Assembly: GCF_009914755.1 (NCBI RefSeq)
Contig: NC_060934.1
Reading direction: 5' to 3' (one strand)
DNA: 64,000 nt
From: the human T2T-CHM13v2.0 reference genome, Homo sapiens
Under the pieces are notes generated by a model. The model saw only the letters and a program-made list of their open reading frames with translations. It had not been told where the DNA came from and did not search any database. The number at the start of each line of letters is the position of its first letter. The stretch's first letter is position 1. Shown piece by piece: positions 52,221 through 64,000 of this stretch. The position numbers and the translations under genes are program-made.

Positions 52221-55085
52221 CCCTATGCACTCAACACTGGACCACTCAGATATACAAAGCAAATATTATTAAAGCTAAAGAGAGAGATAGACCCCAAATA
52301 CAATGATAATTGTGAACTTCAATACTTCAGTCTCAGTGTTAGACAGATTATTTAGACAGAAAATTAACAAAGAGACATTGAACTTAAACTGCACTTTAGA
52401 ACAAATGGACCTAACAAACATTTACGGTACACTTCATCCTAAAGCTCCAGAATATACATTCTTTTCATCAGCACGTGGAATATTGTCCAGGATACACCAC
52501 ATTTTAGGACATAAAACAAGTCTCAACAATGTGAAATAATTGAAATTATTTCAAGTATCTTTTCTGATCACATCAGAATAAAGCTAGAAATCAATTATAA
52601 GAGGAGCTTTCAAAATCATACAAACACATGAAAATTAAACACCATGCTCTTGACCAACCAATGGATTGATAAAGACATTTAAAAAACTTTCTTGTAACAA
52701 ATGAAAACAGAAGTACAACATATAAAAATCTTTGTGACACAGCAAAAACAATATTGAGAGAAAAGTTTATAGCAAAAAATGCTACATCAAAAAAGTAGAA
52801 AGATTTCAAATAAACCTAGTAATGCCTCTCAAGAATCTAGAAAAGCAAGAACAAACCAAACCCCAAATTAGTAGAAGAAAATAAATAATAAATATCAGAG
52901 CAGAAATAAGTGCAACTGAGGCAAAAATACAAAATATCAACAAAATGAAAAGTTGGTTTTTTGAAAAAATAAACAAAATGGACAAACCATTAGCTAGACC
53001 AAGTATGAGAAAAAGAAATAAGACTCAAATAAATACAATCAGAAACAAAAGAGGAGACATTACAACTGAAACCACCTAAATACAAATGATCATTAGAGAT
53101 TAATGTGTACAACTATATACCAACAAATGAAAATAAATAAATTATTTTCAAACCTAATGGAAATAAGTAAATTTCTGGACATATACAACCTACCAAGATT
53201 TAACTGAGAAGAAATGGAAAATGTGAACAGACCAATTATGAGTAATGAAATTGAATCTGTAATTAAATGTCTCCCATCAAAGAAAAGCCCAGGACCTAAT
53301 GCAGAATTCTACCAAACATTTAAAGAAGAAATAGTACAATTTTTTTCTTAAACTATTCCAGAAAATACAAGAGGAGGGAATTCTCCCAAATTCATTCCAT
53401 GAGCCTAGCTATACCCTGATGCCCAAACCAGATAAGGACACAATAACAACAACAAAACTACAGGTCACTATCTCTGATGAAAATAGATACAAAAATTCTC
53501 AACAAAATACTAGCAAACCGAATCCAGCAGCATGTTAAAAAGATCATTCACCATGATCAAGTGGGATTTATCTCAGGGATGCAAGTGTGGTTCAACATAT
53601 GCAAATCAATAAATTTGATACATTAGATCAACATAATGAGGCACAAAATCCATGTGATCATCTCAATAGATGTATAAAAAACATTAGATAAAATTCAACA
53701 TCCCTTCATGATAAAAAATTCTCAACAAGTTAGGTACAAAAGGAATGTACCTCAACACAATGAAGGCCATATATGACAAACCACAGCCTACATCATATTG
53801 AATAGGGAAAAGTTGAAAGCTTTTCCTCTAGGATCTGGAACAAGACAAGGATGCCCACTCTCGCCACTGTTATTTAACATAGTACTGGAAGACCTAGCCT
53901 GAGCAATTAGGAATAAATTGAGAAAGATGTAAAGAACATCCAGGTTGCAAAGGAGAAAGTCAAATTGTTCCTCTTTGCAAATGACATGATCTTATATCTA
54001 GAAGACCCTAAAAGCCCCACCAAAAACTCTTAGAACTAATAAACAAATTCAGTAAATTTGTAAGATACAAAATCAGCATACAAAAGCCTATAGCATTTGT
54101 ATACACCAAAAACGAACTAGTGGAAAAAGATATGAAGAAAGCAATCCTGTTTACAACAACTACAAAAAAATACCCAGGAATAAGTTTAACCAAGGTGGTG
54201 AAAGATCTCTACAAGGAAAACTATGAAACACTAATGAAATAAATTGAAAAGAACACACAAAAATAGAAAGGCATCACATAGTCATGAACTGAAATAATTA
54301 ATATTGTGAAAATGACAATCTTACCAAAAACTCTCTGCAGATTCAGTGAAATCTCTGTAAAATACCAATGACATTCTTCCTAGAAATGGAAAAAATGAGC
54401 CCAAAATTGTATGGAATTACAAAAGACCCCAAGTAGTCAAAGGAATACTGAGCATGAAGAATAAAGCTGGAGGCATCACACTACTGAACTTAAAAATAAA
54501 CTCAAAGTGTTGGAAACCAAAGAGCATGATACTGGCATAAAAACAAACACATAGACCAATGGCAGAGAATAGAGAGCACAGAAATAAATCCACAGATTTA
54601 CAGCCAACTGATTTTTGACAAAGGCACAAGAGCATACATTGGGGGAAGGACACTGTCTTCAATAAATGATGTTGGGGGACACTGGATATCTATGTGATCT
54701 ATGTGCAGATAAATGAAACTAGACTTCTCTCATACTGTATACTAAAATCAACACAAAATGGATTAAAGACTTAAATGTAAGACCTAAAATTATAAAACTA
54801 CCAAAAGAAAACATCGGGAAAATGCTTCAGGACATTGGTCTGAGCAAAGATTTTATGAAGAAGACCTCAAACACAAAGGCAGCAGAAGAAAAAATAGACA
54901 AATAAGATTACATCAGACTAAAAAACTTCTGCAAAGCGAAGGAAACAACCCAAAGAATGAATAGACAAGCTGCAGAGTGGAAAAAATATTTGCAAACTAT
55001 GTATCTGACAAGGGATTAATATCCATTATATACAAGGAACTCAAATACCTCAAAAACAAAAGAACACCAAATAATTTGATTTGCA
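52221..55085 (+). mobile_element. L1 (L1PB/L1MA-like) ORF2 fragment, EN to post-RT, many stops and frameshifts
   Basis: IIVNFNTSVSVLDRLFRQKINKETLNLNCTLEQMDLTNIYGTLHPKAPEYTFFSS (EN); ggaacaagacaaggatgcccactctc (RQGCPLS); tttgcaaatgacatgat (FADD-like). Confidence 0.95.
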
Positions 55086-56719
55086 AACAACCTGGAAAGC
55101 TAACGAGCAAACTATTCTAATGTGTGATACACTTTAGTGTATTACCTTTGATCAGTAAGAAAATAGATTTACTTCAAGCTATGAAAATACAGCTTTCTGG
55201 GCCAAAGTCTTGGGAAAGAATGAATCAATACAGTTCCTCACAGAGTTTATTGGGTTGGAGCACAGTTGATTCTTGCTCATCCTGAGCCACGGAGCTGTAT
55301 GTTTGTACACACACTTGTACATGTTTTTTTTTTTAAAGTTTTGACAGTTTCTTAAGTGTTTTTCATACACTGTCTTCCCATCTCAGATAGGTAGGGCATA
55401 CATTATCTTATCCATTGGTTGGATGGAGAAGCAGGCTCAGAGATGTTAAGGGACTTTCTCGAGTCACTCAGATCAAGAGTGACGGAGCCAGGAGTCACAC
55501 TCATATCTTCTGGCTCTTTATCTTCATGGATTCCCACTGTGCAATGCCACAGGGTTGTTTTCAACTGGCCATGGAAATCATTTCCACTTTGCTTCAGTTG
55601 GGGCCTTGATCATTCCTTGCCTAAACTATCCAGCTCTTCTGCTCAGTTCCCAGCCTCCCAAAGCTCTGACTATACCACCTTGTACTGCTCAGGAGCCATG
55701 CTGGGGTATAAGCTGAAATCCAGCATGGGGAGATGAACTGGCCCATAGGCTGTGGGTGGAGAGAGGAAATGTTAGTTCTCTCACAGAGGTAGTGAACAAA
55801 GTACATAGGGTGCAGAGTAGGGAGCCACCCCTCTGCCCATAGACAAAGACATTTAGGTTGGAGTTTCACATTAATTTCAACATCCATGACAAGACGTCTC
55901 CCCACTCTGGCCAAATTCACCAGTGCACTGGGACTTGAAGCCCAGGCTCCAAGGCCTTGCTGCTTCACCTTCCTCAGAGGGAGGAGTTCAGGCTGCCAGT
56001 TACAAACACCATGGCCTTCACTGTCACTTCACAAAAGTGGGAGGCCCACATCAAGAGGTGAAGAGCAGGATGTGCAGAGCACTCTAGCAAGCTTGGTGTG
56101 TTACTCGCAACTGATGACTGCTCTTTCCAGAAAGCCCAATACATGATTGCCTTTGCATGGCCATCCAGGCTATTCCTACATACCTTTGTCTTAGACTCTT
56201 TCATTGTATATGAAAGTACATTATACTTGCATTTTTAGTAAGTTATCTTTTTAAAGGCATGTACATCTCCATTACAGCTTTATATTTCTTTATTTTTTGC
56301 AAGAAGTTGTCCTTATTTTTACATTTTTGCCTCATTTATTTTGGTTGGTTTAAACTTGCCTCATGTAAACATGTTGTCATCTCTGTCATTTTGATAATAA
56401 TACTTTTCAGATCATTTATAATCTTATTTACTCAGCTTCCTATGCAATTCATATTATAATATTTATTCAATTACACACTGAATACTTTAAGTTGGATTCT
56501 TATTCAGAAAATAATTTAAGTAAATGGTAACTATTGTGTACTCCAAATGGTGGAGGATTTAGATATGCCAGATTTGTTAAAAGTATAAATCACACTATTG
56601 TTTATCCTAGTATCCTCCATCTAAAATCTATTCATCCCTAGATATTACATTTGACCCTGGGTGGCCTCAGCCTTCAAACTCAGGGCATGTTGGGGCATGG
56701 AGTGGTGCCTGTAGAAAAA

Positions 56720-57655
56720 AGGTTTAGTTGATTTATAATGTTGTTGAAGTCTTATTTCATTGCTGGTCTTTCGTCTAGTTATTCTGTTATTGGAATTGAG
56801 ATACTGAAATTTCCAGTTATTATTGTTGCACCATTTATTTCTCTCTAAGTCTTTCTGGTTTTGCTTCATGGACTTTGGTGCTCTAGCTAGGTGAATATAT
56901 GTTTATATTGTTATATCTTCTTGAAAGATTAATGCTTTTACTAATATATATTATCCTTCTTTCTCTTTTGTAATAATTTCTGTCCTAAAGTCTCTTTTGT
57001 TTGATTTTAGTGTAGCCCCTCCTCCTCTCCTTTGGTTATTCTTTTCATGGAGTATTTTTTTCTATCACATTCAACCTATTTGTGTCTTTGAATCTAAAGT
57101 CTTCCTAGACAGCATATTGTTGGATCATGTGGCTTTTTAAAAATCCATCTTGCTTGTCTCTGCCTTTAAATTGGAGAGTTTAGTCCATTTGCATTTAATG
57201 TAACTGCTGTTAAGGAAGGACTTACTTTTGTTATTTTGCTACTTGTTTTCTATGTGTGATGTATCTTTTTTTGTTCCTCAACTACTGCCTTCTGTTGTGA
57301 TAAAAAGACATTTTCTGTCATACCCTTTTAAGACCTTTTTTTCTTTTACTGTATATTTTTGGGTTATTTTCTTAGTGGTTGCCTTGGGGATTACATCTTC
57401 TTTTGTTTGGTTGGGTTTGAGTTTTTAAATTTGCATTTTCTTGATTACTAATGAGGTTGAGCACCCTCTTTTTGCTTTTATTATTATTTTTAATTAACAC
57501 ATAACTATATATGTTTATGGGGTACAGTAACTGTATATGTTTATGGGGTACAGTGTGATATTTCAATACATGTATACAATGTTTCATGATCAAATCAGGG
57601 TAATTAGCATATTCATCACCTCAAACACTTACCATTTCTTTGTGTTTGGAACTTG
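56720..57655 (-). mobile_element. Antisense L1 pieces (L1M ORF2 5' part; L1MA 3' end at ~57470-57655)
   Basis: tcaacctatttgtgtctttgaatctaaagt..agacagcata; tttatggggtacagtgtgatatttcaatacatgtataca. Confidence 0.8.
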
Positions 57656-57850
57656 GGTTTTGGAATTAGACAGCCCTGGGATCAAAATCTGACCATCATA
57701 TACTGGCTGAGTGGATCAGACTAGCCACTTTATCTCTTTGTGCCTCTGTTACCACAGCTATAAAATGAGGGTAGTAATAGTCACCTGCAAGGGGTGTTTT
57801 GGAGATTAAATGAGATCAAGAATTTAAAGTGTGTAGCATGATACTTGTTA
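57656..57850 (+). mobile_element. MIR
   Basis: tttggaattagacag..ctggg...tgtgcctctgtt...taaaatgagggtagtaatag...gagattaaatgaga. Confidence 0.75.
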
Positions 57851-59213
57851 CCCATTTGGCCCTCTACCAAATATAGGCATATGGCTGCCTTTACACTGGT
57901 TATTAAACAGATAACTGGAGAAGCAGGTCTCCTGCTCTTAAGAGCCACTAAAGTAGTGGGAGAGGGAAACATGCAGGCAGGCTCCTCATCACCCACTGGG
58001 CAGACACAGCTCCCTGCCTCCCCATACTCAATGCTTATTCTCAGAATATTTTACTCTGGTCAATAATACAACCTAGTTAATTTTTCAGTTCTTTAAAAGA
58101 TCAAAAGCCTCTGGTCCTAGGGTGGCTACTTTCAAAATGTGCCTCTGTGACCCATGCCAGGGACTGCCAGCCTGCGGACATAGCCATCAGCTCTGGAGAC
58201 AGTCCTATCTTGTTCTCCAGTGAGGAGCTTGGCATTATCCTCCTGCCTTTAACCAGCCTGCCATGGTTGAAGGCTGACAGTCCCTGGTTCAAGTGACCTA
58301 GGAAGTGCCCACTGTTCTCTGCTGCCCAGCTGGTCAGCCAGCACTGGTCAGGGCAGCCTGGGTCTGACTGGCAATGTGAGGGAGGGCTGCGTGGTCACAG
58401 TTTTGATTCTAGCTCTGTGTATTTTAGCTTTCTTACTGTCTTTGTCGAGAAAAGATTTCATCCTTCTTATGGCTCTGTGTCTCCAGGGGCTTTAATCCAC
58501 ATCCACTTAGTTATCTGTTGAGTGAATGATTGTCATCTAGGGCATACTTGCAATGGTGCCTCAGTTGAAGGTTGGATTGGAAGTGGCCATGAAAACTGAG
58601 TGATCACTTCTCTCCAAATGCAACAATGTGGGCTGCAGGACAGGCAGTACATCAGGCACCCAGATTGTCCAGGTCAGGCAACACCTCTATCCCTCAAAGC
58701 CCTTTGAAGTAAAAGGGTGACCTGGATGCTAAAGAACCCTGGACCCCTCACCAAGCTCCTGGTTAAGAGGAGCCCATGTCCGATCTCCAGGGCAGGTCTG
58801 GGGTTGGCATGGAAGCTGCTGCAGTGAGAATGTTTTGGGGAGCACATCCTGAAATAGCAATTGGCACAGGGGGTCACTGTGACTCATTAGTTCTCACATT
58901 TCCTCTCAAGAGAAATTCAAATTGGTGACAAAATATGACTTCCTGAAATTACCAGTGCTTGAAATTACTTTGTTCGCCGTGTGAAACTAAATTCCTTAAA
59001 ATCGGGCTGGGTGAGTGTATTTTTTAGTTACTCTTCTTGAATCAGCCTCTGCAGTCACACTTGGCTTCCCATGCCTGCTTGGCCACTGATGAGCTTGGCT
59101 TGACCCTTGATGAATCAGTTAATCTGTCCATGTCTCTTTTTTTCTCTTCTTTAAAATGGGGATACGAACACCATCTGGCAAGGATTGTTGAGATCATCAA
59201 AAGAGAGGGCCTA

Positions 59214-59530
59214 GGCCGGGCGCAGTGGCTCATGCCTGTAATCCCAGCACATTGGGAGGCTGAGGCAGTGCAGATCACCTGAGGTCAGGAGTTTGAGACT
59301 ACTCTGACCAACATGGTGAAACCCTGTCTCTGCTAAAAATACAAAAAAACTAGCTGGACGCGGTGGGTGTGCTTGTAATCCCAGCTACTCAGGAGGCTAA
59401 GGCAGGAGAATTGCTTGAACTTGGGAGGCAGAGGTGCCATGAGCCAAGATTGCATCACTGCACTTTAGCCTGGGCAACAGAGCGAGACTCTGTCTCCAAA
59501 AGAAGAGAGAAAGAGAGAGAAAGAGAGAGA
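59214..59530 (+). mobile_element. AluS (Sx/Sq-like) with (GA)-rich tail, in a MIR
   Basis: Full dimer from ggccgggcgcagtggctc to ctgtctccaaaa. Confidence 0.93.
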
Positions 59531-60089
59531 ACCTGTTCAGGTCATTTTCTGGGAATATGTAGGCTTTACACTCCTGGTCTCCCATCCCAATGTTTTGGGC
59601 CCCATTTAAGCTCCATCCCAATGTTTTGCACCCCATCCAGCCCAAGTCCCTTTCCTTCAATACATCTGTTTTCTCTTTTGGAAATTGCAGGCATTGGATT
59701 AGATAACTTCCATGTCATATTTCAGGTGTAAGAGAACATGATTGGGTTAACCAGAAGACAGCTATTATTTTGAGCCAACTCCAAGAAAGATAAGTTCTCA
59801 TGCCACGAGGAAAGCAGCACAGGTTGGAGATCAGCTCAGTAAGAGTGAAGTGATTCCACCACATTCCAACCCTAAGGGCAAGTTCCAGTCCTAACAACAG
59901 TTATAGCTTCTCTGAAAATCATGGTGATCCTCTAGATAGGGAAACCCAAGCTACAGAGACGAGGGAAGAGCAGACGGCAGACCTATGTAAGGTGGACAGT
60001 GATGCCTGGTGACCACCTTCCTCCTCTGGTGTCTGTTGGCATAAAGCTTTTTAGAAAGAGTCACTCCATGGAGGTCTGCAGAGTCGTGT

Positions 60090-60520
60090 GCAGTACTTAG
60101 ATTTTGGGGCCCAAGAGACCTGAGTGTAAATCCTTCACTGCCAGTTCACTGGCTCCATGAACTTGGGCCAGTCTCTTGTCTTCTCTGAGCCTCTGCTTCC
60201 TCATATGGAAAATAGGGACAACAATACCTACCTCATAGTGAGGTCATAGAGGAAGTCCCAGATCATGAGCTCCCTTCCCTTGACTCATCCCTTAACAGCA
60301 GGGATGAATATTTATGTTGTTTATCAAATCACATTTATGGAACAGAGACTGTGTGCCAGGGAACTCTTATAAGTATCTTAGCTCAAACAGCTCTCAGAGT
60401 TAGATGTGATCGTGACCCCCTTGTCTAGCTGAGGGGCTGGAGTCCCACAGAGAGTTTGGGAGGGGTGATGATTTGAATTCAGGTCTGTAAGGTGCTCTAG
60501 GACTTCCACCCTAATCATGC
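60090..60520. mobile_element. Two MIR fragments in opposite orientations
   Basis: ctctgagcctctgcttcctcatatggaaaataggg; gatttgaattcaggtctg. Confidence 0.65.
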
Positions 60521-60748
60521 ATAAGGCTGCCCCATTATGCTGCGTTGCAGTTCATGACCAGCTTTAAAAACATGTGCTTGATATTTGCAATACACTCAAG
60601 TGAAGAGCCATGCCTTCCAGTGCCGTTATTTTGCATTTTCACCCTGAAACACTTTTCTTCTGTTTAAGGATGTCTGATTCTAGCAGGAGCTAGACCAGAC
60701 CGTGCTCACATTGCCCCTTTTTGCAAAGGAAGGGCCTCCCTGCAACGT

Positions 60749-60750
<2 letters not shown>

Positions 60751-60794
<44 letters not shown>
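60751..60794. repeat. (AC)22 microsatellite
   Basis: Directly visible perfect repeat. Confidence 0.97.
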
Positions 60795-60796
<2 letters not shown>

Positions 60797-61749
60797 GCTT
60801 TGCTGGGCTTTCCTTCTGGGTCAGGTCAAACTCAGAGGAGGGAAGATCTGAATGTGCCTCAGCTTCCATGCTTCCAGGGATGATCTCTGCTCCACACATA
60901 TCCAAACCCAGCCATCCCAGGACCCTAGCAAAGGAGTGTGTTTATATGTGCACAGGACTTAGCCCTATGACACCATTGTCACCTAGAACAGAAAGTGCTT
61001 CCCCAAATGCTCAGCTCACCACCAGCATATCTAGTCCCAAGAGAGACCTGGGCAAATCAACATCCAGTTCTCAAAAGCAGCCATGTCCCTTCTTTGGTAG
61101 ACTGACTGTAAAAGTCTCCATGAGAGACATGTGGTCCCATCAACCCCATTTTTGGCCCAGCAGCGTGGATACTAGCATACTATTTGAAGCCTTGATATTA
61201 TGCTGGTTTCTTACACTAACCCTATCCCACCCCTAAATCAGAGCCAATTATAAGAGAGACTCACCCAGGGGGCTTTCTTGATTTTGTCTTTTTCTTGTCC
61301 TGATTCCAGACCAGGAGCCCGGCATGGAAACTGGAGAGGTGTTGTCAAGAAACATGCTGAGTGTGAATTGTGAATTCTGATGTCCCCAGGGTCTTAATCT
61401 TGGGGACCTCATCAGGACCAAGGACATCTACCCCTCAGTGTCTTTGTGAAAACTTGTGAAAAACAGATGGAGCTTCTAGATGGTGCTGAAATCCAGTAAG
61501 CTGTTAATGGTGGCTGCTAGGAGGTGCTACATTGATATTTGTTAAGCATTTGCCTTCAGAATTGAAGCTCTGGCCACTGTTCCAGACCCATGGCACATTC
61601 GGAACTTCCTGAATATCCTGGCAGATATTCAACCCTTTCCCTCCATGTGCATTTGCTAATAACAAACTCTGCATGAAGCCCAATATCCAGCCCTGTGGAA
61701 TGTGCCCTCGCAGGAGACAGAGCCGCCTGTCCCCAGGACACTCATGTGG

Positions 61750-62530
61750 AGGGTGTGGTACGATGGGAACTAGATATTTGATATTTGTACCAGGCATGAG
61801 CTCCTAAAACCCTGGGAATTTCCTGAGTAACAGAAGTGAGGGGAGCATTTTTGGTTATTCAGAGAAAGCCCCTTTCAAAGGCACCTGAGGCAAGGTTAAG
61901 GAGGTGACTGTGGGAGAGTGGGAACTGGCTGGGCATGGGGGTGAACCAGCCATGTGATTAGAGGGTTACAAGTTTCAGCCCTATCCTTGACCTCCAGGAA
62001 GGAGAGAGGAACTGGAGATTGAGTCCAATCACCAATGACCAATGATTTGATTAATCATGCCCACGTAACGAAGCCTCCATAAAAACCCCTAAATGATGGG
62101 GTTCAGGGAGCTTCCGGGTTGGTGAACACATGGAGGTTCTGGGAGCGGGTTGTGCATGAAGAGTGCATGGAAGCTCCATGCCCCTCCCTCTTCCCTGGCC
62201 CTACGCATTTCCTGCAGCAGGCTGTCCTGAGTTGTGTTCTTTGTCATTAACCTGCAAATGTCAGTAGTGTTTTCCTGAGTTTTGTGAGTCATTCTAGTGA
62301 ATTATCAAACCTGAGGAGGGGTTGCAGGAATCTATTAATGCATAGCCAAGTAGGACGGAGTGTGGATGGCCTGGGCACCCATTTTCATCTGAAGTCGGGG
62401 AGGTCTTGTGGGACGGAGCCCTAACCAGTGTGGTCTGCACTAGCTCTGGAGAGCTAATGTCAGAATTGAAATGAATTGAATTGAATTGAACTGTTGGACA
62501 CCCAGCTGGTATTGGAGAATCAGAGAGGGC
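61750..62530 (+). mobile_element. MER21 (B/C-like) LTR
   Basis: gagctcctaaaaccct.ggaatttcctgagt; caatcaccaatg.ccaatgattt..taatcatgcc.acgtaa.gaagcctccataaaaacccc; gtcagaattgaa..ggacacccagctggt. Confidence 0.85.
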
Positions 62531-63319
62531 AAGACAGGTGTCCAAGGATGTCTGTACTCACTCTAGGTTCAAGGCATGGTGGGCAGGGCCTGTCCCATTC
62601 CCATCTGGGCTAGCAGCCAGGACAGGGTTTGGGAGAGAGCCGGCGCTCCACACTGAGTGGGGACACAGGGCTGCACAGGGCAGGCCACTGGGAAGCTTGG
62701 CTCATGCCCACAGCATCTTGCTCTTCTGGTCAAGTTTTAGTTTCGAATTTCAGTCTCCTCTGATATTCCAAGGGCTTTATGAAAGATCCCAACTGATAAT
62801 GTGAGGCATGCATTCTCAGGGCCCCTGGATGAGGGTCACTTTGGGCCCGGCCTCTGGTGTGGCTGGCTGAGGTGTGTGGGCACTTCATTCAGGCCACCAG
62901 GTGCTCTATTGGACAAGCTATGGGGTCTGGTGTGAGGCTGGCTTAGCCCAGAGGAAGGGGCATCTTTGTGATTTGTAGAAAGGTACTATCTATACTTTGG
63001 TTCCTTACCCTGCACAAGAGTTGCTTGAAGTATCAGTCCCAAGTAAAACGTATTAACACAGTGCTCTGAGACTCAAAGAAAGGAGGGCAATGGCCACAGC
63101 TGGCATCACAGGGACAGACATCTGGCCTCCTTCTCTTCCTTGCAGTGGGTGAGTGAGTCTATCTTGGGAGTCCTCAGGGTGTCTGACTGGCCACCCTCTG
63201 TTCAGGATGGCCCTGCCTTCCAGTTCTGCACTCACGCAGTCTCAGAACCAGCCCTGATGTGGCCAGGAGCATGCTGTGCCTGGTGGCAGGTCTACCATTA
63301 GTGCAGATGTTACAGTCCT

Positions 63320-63530
63320 TGTTTTAGCAGTTAACATTTGCTGAGCATCTACCAGGCACCTACCACACACCAGGCCCCAGTATCTTGATTCACACATATG
63401 GCCACCCAAAGATGTCTTGATAATTCTTATTTTAAGAGAAAAGTGAGGCTCAGAGCCAGTGTGTGCAAGGTCACTGGCTAGCAGATGGCTAAGTCTGCTG
63501 GGTTGAGTAACACCAGGTGGCTCCTGTCTG
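63320..63530 (-). mobile_element. MIR
   Basis: aacatttgctgagcatctacca...gagaaaagtgaggctcagag...caaggtcac. Confidence 0.7.
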
Positions 63531-64000
63531 TTTCCATAGCAAGGATGTGGGCACAGATGTCCACCATATGCTGCTTGTATGATGGAGTTGACTGCCTGTT
63601 CTGTTGGCTCTACCCTACCACCTTGAGGCTCCAAACCACTCCATAGGTCCAGAAATCTGCTTTCAAGGCATTTGATTCCGCCTGGTGACTCCTGTTAGCA
63701 AATTTAAAGCATATGAACTTTTTGCAAGTTATCGAGTCATGGCCTTGACAATATAGTCAAAGTATATTAAACCAATAGGATTTCATCACAAAATGGACCT
63801 AAACACCTTCCCATTCCCCAGGTGGCCCCTTGGAGTCATCATCTTTGGTGCACATAGGACATGGGGCCACAGTGACATATCTTGCAGTAAGAGGAGCAAA
63901 GCTTGCCTTCCCATCCATCAACCTGGGGAGTCTGAGCTGAGAGAGGCCACCACCCTCAAGGTGCAGTGGTGGCCACTGCTGTGACTAAGGGAAGAACACA

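Noticed and set aside
52303-54662. L1 ORF2-like peptides as an active element
   Set aside because: Many stops and frameshifts, no intact ORF1/ORF2 and no 3' end.

Overview
This is human-type genomic DNA (Alu, L1, L2, MIR, MaLR and ERV LTRs) carrying the 5' part of ARHGAP22 (Rho GTPase-activating protein 22; chr10q11 from memory) on the minus strand. A CpG-island promoter and coding exon 1 (MLSPKIRQARR, 39837-39804) splice across a 21.6-kb intron to the 200-nt exon 2 (18193-17994, first part of the PH domain). I did not find exon 3 in the window. The rest is intron or upstream sequence, mostly old transposons, including a ~5.5-kb L1 block at 49.6-55.1 kb. I see no RNA genes, CRISPR arrays or second intact gene, and no demonstrably new biological system. 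The best leads are: (1) eight upstream AUGs in the putative leader, including an 86-aa out-of-frame ORF that overlaps the main start and crosses the exon 1-2 junction; (2) an (AAGGG)n tract in an Alu tail, the same motif and setting as the RFC1/CANVAS repeat; (3) a weakly supported decayed coding exon at 1-6 kb; (4) AT-rich PBX-HOX/ONECUT motif islands; (5) RBFOX motifs and inverted Alus around exon 2. Repeat subfamily names come from recalled consensus sequences and need RepeatMasker/Dfam confirmation. Boundaries of old repeats are approximate.
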